From Ignavibacteriota bacterium (GTDB lineage Bacteria > Bacteroidota > Ignavibacteria > UBA10030 > UBA6906), in assembly GCA_963801355.1 (NCBI GenBank), contig CAWDEM010000008.1, forward strand, positions 1,056,001-1,120,000: 64,000 nucleotides of DNA, written 5' to 3'. Under the pieces are notes generated by a model. The model saw nothing but the letters and a program-made list of their open reading frames with translations, did not search any database and had not been told where the DNA came from. Below are positions 10,625 through 20,700 of this stretch, piece after piece (the first letter of the stretch is position 1; the number at the start of each line of letters is the position of its first letter). The position numbers and the translations under genes are program-made.

Positions 10625-10654
10625 GCGAAGGGACTCGCATGCCCGGCCCTCATG

Positions 10655-11635
10655 TCACTGCTTGAACGATGCAATCTCCTCCTCGAGCGCGGCGCGGACC
10701 GGGGTGTAGCTGATGCCCAATTCCCTCTCCGCTTTGTGTCCGTCTGCACTGAAGCCCACCTGCATAGTTCTCATTTTGTCGGTGGACAGCCCCCACAATG
10801 GTTCCCTTTTCAAAACATTTGCCACTCCCGTCAGAATCGCTGCATTCAGTATCGTCAATGAGTCGGGGAGATGCATCCGAGGCGGGGGTACACCTGAGAT
10901 CTCACGGACCATCTGGTTGACCTCCGCGAAGCTAATTCGCTCGTTGCCCGCGAGATACTTTTCACCGATGTTCCCCGGTTTCTCCGCTGCCCGGACAATG
11001 ACTTCAGCGACGTCTTTTACATGCACAAAAGTCAGATACGAGTCATTGAATACGGTGGCAGGCATACGCCGGTGGATCAAATCGTTGATATACCTGCCTG
11101 TGGCCTTGTGATCGCCGGCCCCGAGTACTGCGGCCGGATACACGACCACCACGGGCAAGCCCCTGGTCCTGTAAAGCTCCCACACGATCTGCTCTCCGTC
11201 ATATTTTGTTCTGGCATAGTCGCTGTAGCGGACCTTCCCCACCTTGCTCTCCTCCGTAAACGGACAGTCCTCCGGCTTGCCATAAGTCACTACCGTACTC
11301 ACATGAATGACTTTCACCACCTTGCTGTCCAGAGCACATTCCATCACGTTGCGCGTGCCATCGACGTTGACCACTTTGAACAGATGGGCATCCGGTGCCC
11401 AGAAATCGTACAGACCGGCCAGATGAAAGACCCAATCGCAACCTTTCATCCCTTCGAGAAGTGATGCCTTATCAGTAATATCGCCCCTGACCAGGGTAGC
11501 ACCCAGCGACTTTAGATGTTCGGTCGCGGTCGAGGTTTTTCTGACCAGGCAGCGCATCGTATGTTCGGTCTCCGACAACCGTTTCACGAGATTGGTGCCG
11601 ACAAATCCGGTCGCACCGGTGATGAATATTTTCAT
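10655..11635 (-). CDS. NAD-dependent epimerase/dehydratase (dihydroflavonol reductase/HpnA-like extended SDR)
   Basis: TGATGFVG, VFHLAG and YARTK motifs. Confidence 0.9.
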   Translation of the reverse strand: MKIFITGATGFVGTNLVKRLSETEHTMRCLVRKTSTATEHLKSLGATLVRGDITDKASLLEGMKGCDWVFHLAGLYDFWAPDAHLFKVVNVDGTRNVMECALDSKVVKVIHVSTVVTYGKPEDCPFTEESKVGKVRYSDYARTKYDGEQIVWELYRTRGLPVVVVYPAAVLGAGDHKATGRYINDLIHRRMPATVFNDSYLTFVHVKDVAEVIVRAAEKPGNIGEKYLAGNERISFAEVNQMVREISGVPPPRMHLPDSLTILNAAILTGVANVLKREPLWGLSTDKMRTMQVGFSADGHKAERELGISYTPVRAALEEEIASFKQ

Positions 11636-11883
11636 GGTAGACCTCCTTCCGATTGTGCGCCGTCACGTACCCACTCGAGTTTTACCTCCGCCTCTGCTAG
11701 AGCCGGACGGTTTCAATGCCTTGATACCATGGCTGCCTATGCTGACTGACAAGTTTGCAGTAAACTCCGATTGATGAGGTCGTTGTCAGTTCGCGTTGAG
11801 GAGATCATCGCGAATTGATTTCTGCACTCGATACGAGATGTCGCCGGCGACATCTCTGGAGCAGGGGGGAGAACGGCCGGCCA

Positions 11884-12234
11884 TCAGGCGTTCTTCTTCT
11901 CGTCCCAGTGAAACAGATGCATCATCCGGTGCAGGGACGGTGCGAGGATGAGACCTACCGCCACGAGAAATACCAGTCCTGCATACAGTGCATACAGACC
12001 CGCAAAGAGTTTTCCGCCGGCCGTCTGTGGAGATTCCACGGGCCCCATTCCGCCAAGCAGCATGGCGGCGTTGAGAAAAGCATCACGCCACTCCAGACCC
12101 TCGTAATGGTGGTAGCCAACCATTCCAAGGAACAAGGAGGCAGCAATCAACGCTACGGAAATCAACGCATGCATGAAGAGGCGTCGCACAAAGTGGCGCC
12201 GTGGGATGGGCTTTTGATAACGCGATTCGTACAT
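11884..12234 (-). CDS. Small membrane protein with a two-TM ion-channel-like region
   Basis: DAFLNAAMLLGGMGPV...T.GGKLFAGLYALY. Confidence 0.7.
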   Translation of the reverse strand: MYESRYQKPIPRRHFVRRLFMHALISVALIAASLFLGMVGYHHYEGLEWRDAFLNAAMLLGGMGPVESPQTAGGKLFAGLYALYAGLVFLVAVGLILAPSLHRMMHLFHWDEKKNA

Positions 12235-12346
12235 GTGTTAGCTTCCGGATAATGTGTCGCCAGTGAACTGCGGGGAGTCCGGCTCACCATCGGAGCCGTC
12301 TTCAGACAGCAGCAGCAAGCACGCTCACGTCCAGCGGAATCCCCTT

Positions 12347-13765
12347 TTACGATGCCAGCGCCTTGAGAAGTCTGTACATGAATTCCACGCCCTCATAGAA
12401 TTCCTTCACACCAAGGCGTTCATCTTTCCCATGGGCCCGCACATCATTCATGTCCGCAAACATCCCCGAGATACCATACACCGGGATACCCGCGCCGCGA
12501 AGCTGCCGTCCATCCGAGGCGCCGGCGGACATCGTTGGCGTGACCACAACGCCGGGCCACATCGAAGCTACGAGTCGATCAACCGTGTCCAGAATATCTT
12601 TGCGCAGAGGTGAGCGGGGGCTGAGAATCGAAGCATGGGTACGGGTGATGGTGATCTGCGTATCCGCGACAACGGATTTCAGCGTGGCCATGACGTTTTC
12701 CGGCGTATCGTCGGGAAGCATCCGGCAATTCACATTTGCACGCGCCATCTGCGGCAGTGCATTCTCAGCATGCCCGGCACTTAACATTGTCGCAACACAG
12801 GTTGTGCGCATCAGCGCGTTGTAGTTCGGTGAGGCGTTTGCCAGGCGATTGGCAGCGTCTGTGTCGACCGGCACATTCCTCATTGCCAGCATGTCGGCTT
12901 TCATCTGACCGGTTTCCCGGATCGCGGATCGTTCGAAATACAGCCGAGTGGTTTCGTTCAGGCGTATCGGAAAGTCAAGCCTGGCCAGGCGCATTAGTGC
13001 ACCGGCGAGCCGGTAGATTGCATTGTCCTTCACGGGGAGAGCACTGTGACCGCCTTTGTTTCGTGCTTCCAGCGTGTAGTCCATGTAGATTTTCTCGCTG
13101 GTCTGGATCCCCATCATGATGTGCTTCCCGTTCTTGATGTCGCCTCCCCCTCCGTCGGGGTTAATGCAGTACTCCGCATCGATGAGGTCCCGCCGGTTGG
13201 CAATCAGCCATTGAATGCCGTTTGCATCGCCGTTCTCCTCGTCTTCCGTGAGTGCAACGATGATGTCGCGGTTCGGGATGAACCCTTCCTGTTTGAGCCG
13301 GATCAGATTCGCGACGAGATCCGCATCCTCGCATTTCATGTCGGTTGTGCCACGCCCATAGAAGTAGCCGCCGGTTTCGAGGAATGTAAAGGGATCGCTC
13401 GACCAATCCTTCCGAAGGGCTTCCACCACATCGAGGTGTCCGATAAAAAGAAGCGGACGGTAGATGCCTTTGCCCCGGTAGCGCACGACCAGGTTCATAT
13501 GTTGCGGTTGAGGTCCGACGACATGCACGTCGCTCTCAGGAAAACCGGCCGATCTCAACCGTGCGGCCATTGCCTCCGCGGCCTTCGTGCTCCCGGCATT
13601 CACCGTTGTGTTGATCTCGATCAATTCGCGGAAGATGTCGCGGGCGAGCAGTTGATGGGCGGTGAGGCCCTGGGGGTCTTTCGAGGTCTGCGCAGAGAGG
13701 TTTGCGGGGCCGGCGGTGGCGGCCATGGCCGCCAGGCACGATAGAGTGAACAGAATCCTTTTCAT
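12347..13765 (-). CDS. M20/M25/M40 metallo-hydrolase, secreted
   Basis: GHLDVV, GRGTTDMK, DEE and AHGKDE motifs; signal peptide. Confidence 0.9.
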   Translation of the reverse strand: MKRILFTLSCLAAMAATAGPANLSAQTSKDPQGLTAHQLLARDIFRELIEINTTVNAGSTKAAEAMAARLRSAGFPESDVHVVGPQPQHMNLVVRYRGKGIYRPLLFIGHLDVVEALRKDWSSDPFTFLETGGYFYGRGTTDMKCEDADLVANLIRLKQEGFIPNRDIIVALTEDEENGDANGIQWLIANRRDLIDAEYCINPDGGGGDIKNGKHIMMGIQTSEKIYMDYTLEARNKGGHSALPVKDNAIYRLAGALMRLARLDFPIRLNETTRLYFERSAIRETGQMKADMLAMRNVPVDTDAANRLANASPNYNALMRTTCVATMLSAGHAENALPQMARANVNCRMLPDDTPENVMATLKSVVADTQITITRTHASILSPRSPLRKDILDTVDRLVASMWPGVVVTPTMSAGASDGRQLRGAGIPVYGISGMFADMNDVRAHGKDERLGVKEFYEGVEFMYRLLKALAS

Positions 13766-13827
13766 TGTACTCGACCTCCAGGCGGGTCATCCCGGCCAAC
13801 TGAAGGAATCATAATCGACCGGCATTC

Positions 13828-14640
13828 TCACATAAACCACTTTTTCTGGCCGTACACCGCATCGCCAAAATCACGCATAAACTTCATGTCGTCTTCGCTG
13901 AGCGGGCCCTGTTGCACTGCGGCGACGTTTTCCCGCAGCTGGCGTTCGCTCCGTGGAGCTGTCCAAGTGGAATGCACGTGTGGATTCGAGAGGACGAACC
14001 TGTAGCATTCCCCCGCCGTCGGGATGCGGCCCTCTTTGGGCCAGCCTTTCGGACGACGCAGAAGAGCGGTCCACCGGGTAGCTGTGTAACTGATGACGCC
14101 CGGGTTATGTGCCGCGAGATGCGGGAAAATATCCCGTTCGGCTCCTCGATGTGCGGCGTTGTAGCGCAGCATCAAGGCATCCACAGCGCCCTCTTCGGCC
14201 AGCGTGCCGAGGAACGTACGGTTGTGGCAGCTGAGACCGATCGCGCGCACCTTTCCTTCTTCCTTCAGTTTCAACAGATCATGGCGCACGGCAGGCGTGA
14301 ATTCAGCCGGCTTCATCACACCAAGGAAGAGGAATACATCGATGTAGTCGGTGCCGAACTGTCTGAGGCGCTTCTCGAACGTTTTTCGAACATCCTGTGC
14401 GCGCCAGATATAGTTGTAGGCGCCGGTCACGAGAACGATCTTGTCGCGCCGCGACGACATCAGATCCCGCAGTGCACGGGTCATTTGCAGATCGAAGCCG
14501 TATGCGAAAAAGAGGTTGATGCCCTCATCGGCGGCGGCGTACACGGTTTTCTTGCCGGGCCAATAGGAGGCGGAGAGGCCGAGCGGGGTTACGTGGAGAC
14601 CGGTATTGCCCAACGGCCGGAGCTGGAATGCGGATGGCAT
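13828..14640 (-). CDS. Aldo/keto reductase-fold protein
   Basis: RPLGNTGLHVTPLGL, LRQFGTDYID and EGKVRAIGLSCH motifs. Confidence 0.85.
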   Translation of the reverse strand: MPSAFQLRPLGNTGLHVTPLGLSASYWPGKKTVYAAADEGINLFFAYGFDLQMTRALRDLMSSRRDKIVLVTGAYNYIWRAQDVRKTFEKRLRQFGTDYIDVFLFLGVMKPAEFTPAVRHDLLKLKEEGKVRAIGLSCHNRTFLGTLAEEGAVDALMLRYNAAHRGAERDIFPHLAAHNPGVISYTATRWTALLRRPKGWPKEGRIPTAGECYRFVLSNPHVHSTWTAPRSERQLRENVAAVQQGPLSEDDMKFMRDFGDAVYGQKKWFM

Positions 14641-14704
14641 GGTGCACTCCCTTTGCCTGGTGATCAGTGCCGCCGTAAGTTACGCGAAATCTTGTGAAAA
14701 TCCA

Positions 14705-17623
14705 TCAACGTCCCGGTCTGGACGCGTGTGCAACGCGTGCCACCGACTCAATGGCAATAGCTGCAACCGCAGATCCATAGTCCAGATCGATATTAGACAT
14801 GTTGTCTTTAGTATCGTGGTAGCCGGTCCGGCTGATGTCATAGTTTTCCATGAAGAGCACAACGGGCACGCCCACATCGGAGAAGATCTGTCCGTCGGTA
14901 TTGAAGAGCGAGCTCCGGGGGTCGCGCGGAACACGGACTTCATCGTGGAGTGAAGGGTGCCTGGCTATTTTCGGCAGTGTGGTGCCATCGGGGCTTCGCC
15001 GGCCGCGTTTGAGGCCACGGCGCTCAGGACTCCGATTCCATTCCTTCGATTTGCTGTTCCAGATCATTGTGGCGAGGTGAGCCTTATGTGCCAGCCAGTA
15101 GGAGCCACGGCTCAGGCCGGGAGAAATTTGAAACACATCGCGGTTACTGGGACGGTTGTGGGCAATCATGTCAAGTACAAAGGCGCCCTCGATCTTCACA
15201 TTGGAGAGATCCAATGACTTTTTACCGGTGATCTTGAATTTCAAGGTTCCCGTCACCAGCCTCTCTGCGAGGTTCCGCGCCCCCATGCAGTCCGAAGGGA
15301 ATTCCTCGCCCGTGAGGTGCACCAGCCAGATGTCTGACTCAAGCTGGCCGGCCTTGCTCATTTCCATGAATATCGGTGCGGCAAGCATGAGGGCTGCGGT
15401 GGCCGAATGGTTGTCATCAGCACCGGCAGCGGCGATGCGGGCCAGTTTTCCTCCACGCTCCTTGTAGTACACATCCTCCATATAGGCAGTGTCATAGTGA
15501 TCAGCCATGATGACCGCCCTGCTATGGTCTTTGCCGGGAATAACAACGAGGAGATTGCGTTCACGGGCCTTACCAGGTTGATTGGCCAGCCACCCTTTCA
15601 TCCAGGGGAAATCGAAATCGGTGCTCCATTGAAACGGGAGTTCACCCGCAAGAGCCTTGCCTTCCAGTCCATGCCGCGCAATGATCCTCCGGTAATATGC
15701 GAGGAGCCAGTCGCCAAGCGCTTCCAGATCACGCTTCCGGTGTTTTCGCATCTTCCGTGAGGGTGGGTCGTCCACGCAATCAGCGTTGTCCTTGTTGAGA
15801 AAACGTCCGGTTGCCAGCCGCTCGATGGTCTTCCAGTATTCGGTCTCGAATTTGCGGGTGGCGGTTTTCTGATACGTCAGCGGTTCGGGGAGAGGGTCCA
15901 GGGAAACATCGCTTGCAGGAAGAATGATTTTTCTTAGTGTATCGTGAACAAGGGTCCCGTATCCTCCCCGGGCATTCCACTCAGCGGACTGTTGAAGCCA
16001 CTCATCAAGGCTTTGATCCTTCGGGAGGTTCACGATACTCCTCGCAAAATCCGGGAACAGGATCTTGTGACCGAGGAAATCCCAGACTTCGATCAGCTTG
16101 TGCGCGTTGAGTGCCAGCTGGTAATCGCGATGCTCATAGACCTCGTTGTAGCCGCGTGAGGTCGCAATCATTTCGGGACGGCAGCGGAGTTCGGGCCAGA
16201 GCTCAACCGGTGGTGTTGGGCGCGCGGCGCGCGGATTGGTTCCCGTCAGATATCCGAGCGGCGGATTAGAAAGGAGTTGCGGCTTCTTCGATTTCCTATC
16301 GAGGTATGCCACCAATGGCATATGCCAGAACACTTCGTACTTTCCGACCACCATGGGTGGAAAGTAGAAGCGGTAGCCAAACGTGCCCCCGGCTGCGATT
16401 GTTTCAGCCGCCCGCATCAATTCTTTCCGCCCGGCTCGAGGGCCATCGAGGAGCAGTTCATAACGGTCCGTCCAGACATGTGCGTTGCGGGCCATCGGTT
16501 TGTTATAGAGGTCAACGTCAACCGGATCACAGCTGAACAGCACGCGGGCAACCCGGTCTTCCCGGCCGAACACAGCCAGATCGTCCATGTGCCGTTCCAC
16601 CCTTTCCCAGCGGTGTGTCCGTCTGTAGGTGTTTCCCGGTTCAACCTTTGCCGGGGGTGCGCCTTCCCGGGGCTCGTGCATCCATCCCGATTGCGGGATG
16701 CGCAGGCCTCGCGTTGCCTCATGTCGTTCGCACACCCTGAGGAGCGGGATCTGTGTTGCCAGCGGAAGATCATGCTCCAGACCGATAATTGGCGGTACCC
16801 CCCAGAATATCAAGCTCCCCGGGAACGGCAAGAGGTGAAGGCCTCCTGTCGTATATGCCTTCCGGATTGCCTCTGGCAGTGAACCGAACGGACGGAAGGT
16901 CAGGATGTACTTCACTCCGTCAAGTGTGTCACCGTCGCGCATCACGAAGGGCTTTGTCCAGGACGGCAGCGGATCCTGTCGCCAGCGTTCGTAGATAGTG
17001 TGACCCGAGCCTGGCAATATGCGGAACCCGGCGCGACGCAGGTCTGTCAGCCGCTCCGGTGACTCATCATAGACGGTTCGAAGCAGGCGGCGGATGAAAT
17101 CAACAGCGTACTCGCGGGGTCGTTCGCGGCCCGGTGCCTCATAGAAGCTTTTCCAGAAGGCGCGGTCCGGCCCCTGGTCACTCCCACCGAAGAATGTCCA
17201 ACGCACGCGGCCTTTGTCGTCCTGTGTGCGCGACAGCGCCAGGGGGAGGAATGTCACAAACCGTTCATGCCTCCGGGCGCCCGGGAGTGCAGCGAGCTCC
17301 TCCGGCCAGTACTGGTTCCCCTGCACCATGGTCTTGCTGACTCCCTCGGTGGACTGATTCCGGTCGAGGCGCTGCAGAGCAGAGAGCACCTGCTGGGCGA
17401 CAATTTCCATTCCGGGACGCAATTCCGATGTTTGCTCCCGCTCACTCACCAGCCAGGCGTAGGGGTTCCCCGGATCTCGTGGTGCAGGGTGGTCTGCGTC
17501 ATACGGCCGCCATCCGATCCTTGGTGACGGCATGAACTCGGAGTAGGCCGGAATGGAAAAGTTAAAATCTCTTCGATCCCTGGGAAGGTCAGTGAGTAGT
17601 CGTTGCCAGCCGTGCCTGGTCAT
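14705..17623 (-). CDS. M28-family metallopeptidase with a ~600 aa uncharacterised N-terminal region
   Basis: C-terminal ADHYDTA, GADDNHS, TGEEFP, LDMI and GYHD motifs; no signal peptide. Confidence 0.8.
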   Translation of the reverse strand: MTRHGWQRLLTDLPRDRRDFNFSIPAYSEFMPSPRIGWRPYDADHPAPRDPGNPYAWLVSEREQTSELRPGMEIVAQQVLSALQRLDRNQSTEGVSKTMVQGNQYWPEELAALPGARRHERFVTFLPLALSRTQDDKGRVRWTFFGGSDQGPDRAFWKSFYEAPGRERPREYAVDFIRRLLRTVYDESPERLTDLRRAGFRILPGSGHTIYERWRQDPLPSWTKPFVMRDGDTLDGVKYILTFRPFGSLPEAIRKAYTTGGLHLLPFPGSLIFWGVPPIIGLEHDLPLATQIPLLRVCERHEATRGLRIPQSGWMHEPREGAPPAKVEPGNTYRRTHRWERVERHMDDLAVFGREDRVARVLFSCDPVDVDLYNKPMARNAHVWTDRYELLLDGPRAGRKELMRAAETIAAGGTFGYRFYFPPMVVGKYEVFWHMPLVAYLDRKSKKPQLLSNPPLGYLTGTNPRAARPTPPVELWPELRCRPEMIATSRGYNEVYEHRDYQLALNAHKLIEVWDFLGHKILFPDFARSIVNLPKDQSLDEWLQQSAEWNARGGYGTLVHDTLRKIILPASDVSLDPLPEPLTYQKTATRKFETEYWKTIERLATGRFLNKDNADCVDDPPSRKMRKHRKRDLEALGDWLLAYYRRIIARHGLEGKALAGELPFQWSTDFDFPWMKGWLANQPGKARERNLLVVIPGKDHSRAVIMADHYDTAYMEDVYYKERGGKLARIAAAGADDNHSATAALMLAAPIFMEMSKAGQLESDIWLVHLTGEEFPSDCMGARNLAERLVTGTLKFKITGKKSLDLSNVKIEGAFVLDMIAHNRPSNRDVFQISPGLSRGSYWLAHKAHLATMIWNSKSKEWNRSPERRGLKRGRRSPDGTTLPKIARHPSLHDEVRVPRDPRSSLFNTDGQIFSDVGVPVVLFMENYDISRTGYHDTKDNMSNIDLDYGSAVAAIAIESVARVAHASRPGR

Positions 17624-17766
17624 AGCGAGATCTCCCGAACAGTTTGCTAAACTTAGCAGATCGGCGTGGGAAACACAACCCCACCCGCGCTGCTTGGAAA
17701 TCCATCGGATTGCATTGAATCGGCTCGACTCCGTCTCAGATCACAGAGATACGGCTGGATTCCCCC

Positions 17767-17958
17767 TCACTTCAGCAAACCCAACTCCCCTTCCAATCGC
17801 TTGATCTCAACTGTGATCGGATCGAGCTGTTTCTCCCGCATTTTCACAAGATCCTCCCGCTTTGTACCTTTTTCCATCATCGAGAGCATGCTGAAGACCT
17901 TGCGGTATTCCAGACGCAATTCCGCAATGCGTTTTTCGATATCGCTCCTGGTTGTCAT
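17767..17958 (-). CDS. Small helical/coiled-coil hypothetical protein
   Basis: ATG 17958 with AGGAGGAG; charged amphipathic sequence. Confidence 0.6.
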   Translation of the reverse strand: MTTRSDIEKRIAELRLEYRKVFSMLSMMEKGTKREDLVKMREKQLDPITVEIKRLEGELGLLK

Positions 17959-17980
17959 GGCCGCTCCTCCTTGCCGGAGT

Positions 17981-18000
17981 ATACGACATATTTGTCGTAT
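17981..18000. promoter_or_regulatory. Perfect 8-4-8 palindrome between divergent genes (operator candidate)
   Basis: ATACGACA-tatt-TGTCGTAT. Confidence 0.5.
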
Positions 18001-18073
18001 TGGCAAGAGCCGTTCCCTTGACTCTGAGCGGGAACCTGTTTTAATGGAGAGAAATCAACCGCGAAGGCACATC

Positions 18074-18670
18074 ATGCTACAAGAGATCTGGGAACCTGAC
18101 CTGACGGTTCTGTTCGTTGGCAGTGCTGTGGAGGAGGTCTCGGACACGCTTGGCTTCCACTACCTTCACCCCAGAAATCGCTTCTGGGAGCTGCTTGAGA
18201 TTGGCGGAATCACGCCCGAACGAATTATCACCGCTTCGGAGCGCAAGGCTCTGACAGTCGGTCACGCGCGCGGAAACCTGAGCGATCCCATTCGTTCGAT
18301 GTTCATACAAAAGAAGACGTCCCAGCTGTTGAAACTTGGAATCGGGCTCACGTACTTGAACTGTCGTGTGATTGCCGCCAATGACAAAGACAAGGCCGCC
18401 AGACCTACTGAAGAAGACATCCAACAATTCGCCGGCAGGGTCGTAAAGCTAAACTCGAAGATACTGGCATTCGTGACCAATACCGATCTTTTTGTCGAAT
18501 TGTTCCAGAGTCGCTTTCCTGACGTCACACCCACACTTGGCCTGCAGTCATTCAAGATGGGCAACTCCGAGGTATGGCTTCTTGGTGCACCGGGCACGAT
18601 GCTTCGCGGGGAGACGCTCACCAAGCAAGAAGATGCATTCTTTGCCCTGGGGGAACGGATGGGAACCTAA
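18074..18670 (+). CDS. Mismatch-specific uracil-DNA glycosylase (MUG/TDG)-like protein, divergent
   Basis: PDLTVLFVG...FHYLHPRNRFWELL, LGIGLT; alternative start at 18044. Confidence 0.7.
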   Translation: MLQEIWEPDLTVLFVGSAVEEVSDTLGFHYLHPRNRFWELLEIGGITPERIITASERKALTVGHARGNLSDPIRSMFIQKKTSQLLKLGIGLTYLNCRVIAANDKDKAARPTEEDIQQFAGRVVKLNSKILAFVTNTDLFVELFQSRFPDVTPTLGLQSFKMGNSEVWLLGAPGTMLRGETLTKQEDAFFALGERMGT

Positions 18671-18844
18671 AGGAAGGAACCGCGAAGGAGTAGCTCCCCT
18701 TGATCCAGTATTTCGGAGACCGCCGCACTCGTGCCTCTTCAACATGTTGATTCAGTGCAACGAGGGGCACAGTGCTCGTTCCAGCTGCCGGAGTCGTGAT
18801 GCTCTTTACCATTAGTCTGTCAGAACGGCACTACTCCCTTCTGT

Positions 18845-19519
18845 TCATCTACTCTGAAAGTACTTCACGCATTCATTCTCTCTTCCCCGTACAACGCGTT
18901 TGCCCTTCAACGCACCGCGTGATTCCGTGACGACGGTGCACTGGTTTTCGCCTTTCCCCTTTTCATAATACACCACAACCCAATCGTCCGTCTTGCCAAG
19001 CTTATGAGCTGTTTCGGTATTGGAAAACATCACGGTGAACTTGTACCCTTTGTGCTCTTTGGCCATGAGCGGCAGCCATGCCTTGCCCTCGGGATTCAGC
19101 TTTTTCGGGGCAATCTTTTTGAGCTTGCCGGCTGCGGCTTTGCTGCGATACTCCTCATCGATCTCCAGCACCAGCTCAAGGGGGATGTCAATCGGTTTTT
19201 CAAACGTGTGTTTGATATCCTTCACCGCTTCAGCCGGTACTTCCTTCTCGAGCGTCTGAAGAAGTTCCACTTCGCCCTTCTCGACGTACTCCCCGATGAG
19301 GCCAGCGATCTTCTCACCTATCCCCTTGATGCCGGTGAGGGCACTCACGTCGTTGCCGAAAATCAGCTTCGCAATGGATTGTTTCGCATCGCGGGCGGAT
19401 TGTGCGGCGGTACGATAGCTGCGTATGCGGAAGGGATTGTCCTGCTTGGCCGCCAATAGATCGGCTATACGGTCGAGAAGATCGCCGATCTCTTTGTTCG
19501 TGGCGGGTTTTCGTGGCAT
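18845..19519 (-). CDS. Helix-hairpin-helix protein with a PolX-type N-terminal 8-kDa domain
   Basis: NKEIGDLLDRIADLL...NPFRIRSYRTAA...IKGIGEKIA; C-terminal FSNTETAHKLGKTDDWVV; no polymerase core. Confidence 0.75.
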   Translation of the reverse strand: MPRKPATNKEIGDLLDRIADLLAAKQDNPFRIRSYRTAAQSARDAKQSIAKLIFGNDVSALTGIKGIGEKIAGLIGEYVEKGEVELLQTLEKEVPAEAVKDIKHTFEKPIDIPLELVLEIDEEYRSKAAAGKLKKIAPKKLNPEGKAWLPLMAKEHKGYKFTVMFSNTETAHKLGKTDDWVVVYYEKGKGENQCTVVTESRGALKGKRVVRGRENECVKYFQSR

Positions 19520-19553
19520 GGTTGCCTCCGGGGTTAGTTCACACCCGCTTGCA

Positions 19554-20159
19554 TCATCTTATCGGTTGATGAAATGCGCTGGACAAATTCAGATGGAGGG
19601 GGCCAAACACACCAGAAGCCAAGACCGCGACAATCGCAACAGGTACCGCGATCGCAACAATGGTACTGCCTGTATCGAATTGTTCCACGTTTACCTGATT
19701 GAGATCATCGTCCCAAACCATACCGTCGAAAGCCTCGCCTGACATATCCTTTCGACGTTCCCCCTTGACCTCGTAACCCGTACCCAGCCAATGATGATTA
19801 CCAGCAGAGGATGTTTCCTTCGAACCATCCTGGAGAAGGAACGTGACTGCAGCATTATCAGGTGCTGAGCCATCTCCGCCTATGCTGCTCCCATTCAGGA
19901 TGTAGAGAGTGGAAATATCTGTCATCTTGAGCGTATCTACCGACACTTGCGGCGTTCCACGCACAAACTCTCCCTTGACCTGATATCCTCCTTCTTTTCG
20001 CTGATAGTCACCGACCTCTGACTTGATGCACGATCCGTCACGAAGGCAGAAGAACATAGTTTCCTCGCAAAACGCCGCTTCGTCTCGTGAAATCGGTCCC
20101 TGGGTATAGCACCCAATCGAGATCAGGGAAATCGATATGACGACGCAAATGAGCTTCAT
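19554..20159 (-). CDS. Hypothetical lipoprotein with a C-terminal TM
   Basis: MKLICVVISISLISIGC lipobox-like N-terminus. Confidence 0.55.
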   Translation of the reverse strand: MKLICVVISISLISIGCYTQGPISRDEAAFCEETMFFCLRDGSCIKSEVGDYQRKEGGYQVKGEFVRGTPQVSVDTLKMTDISTLYILNGSSIGGDGSAPDNAAVTFLLQDGSKETSSAGNHHWLGTGYEVKGERRKDMSGEAFDGMVWDDDLNQVNVEQFDTGSTIVAIAVPVAIVAVLASGVFGPLHLNLSSAFHQPIR

Positions 20160-20288
20160 GGCACGTCCTCCGTTGCTTTTCTGAGGTTTCGAGTGCAAGC
20201 AACTGCCGGACGCAATATCGCCTTATCAGAGGAGATGGCTGTCACGGTTCTGTCATGAAGCTATCACAGATTCGCCATTCCCTTCGCT

Positions 20289-20687
20289 CTAGTCTGCCAC
20301 TTTGTCTTTGAGCAACCACGTAAGGATGAGTATGACAATAGCCACTGCCGCTGTTGTGGGCTGCATCCAGGACACGTAGCCGATGATTGACAGCTGCACC
20401 GCGAGCCACACGAACACGATTATGACTGAGGCAAAGGCTGCTGTCCGGGCAATACGGAGACGGGCAAATACAGCGATACATGCGAAGAGAAAGGATCCAC
20501 CCACAGCGACGAAAAGGACAAGGCCGGGAATGAAGTAGCTGTGGAAAGGACTCCCTTCAAGCCACTCGAGGGGGACGCCTTCAGCACCCGACAGCCCGAA
20601 GTAACCGCCTGCGAAACCATTCAAAGCGGCGAAAGCAAGCAGAGAGCCCAGCACATTGCGCGTAAGCTTCTGGGGAGAATTTGACAT
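20289..20687 (-). CDS. Hypothetical membrane protein
   Basis: WLEGSPFHSYFIPGLVLF motif; four hydrophobic segments. Confidence 0.7.
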   Translation of the reverse strand: MSNSPQKLTRNVLGSLLAFAALNGFAGGYFGLSGAEGVPLEWLEGSPFHSYFIPGLVLFVAVGGSFLFACIAVFARLRIARTAAFASVIIVFVWLAVQLSIIGYVSWMQPTTAAVAIVILILTWLLKDKVAD

Positions 20688-20700
20688 GAGATCGCTTTCC

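Noticed and set aside
11835-11856. Perfect 22-bp palindrome gagatgtcgccggcgacatctc as a mobile element end
   Set aside because: Single copy just after a stop codon; more simply a terminator or stability hairpin.
17666-18073. Long N-terminal extension of the MUG-like ORF
   Set aside because: It overlaps the divergent small gene; similarity to MUG begins only near 18074.
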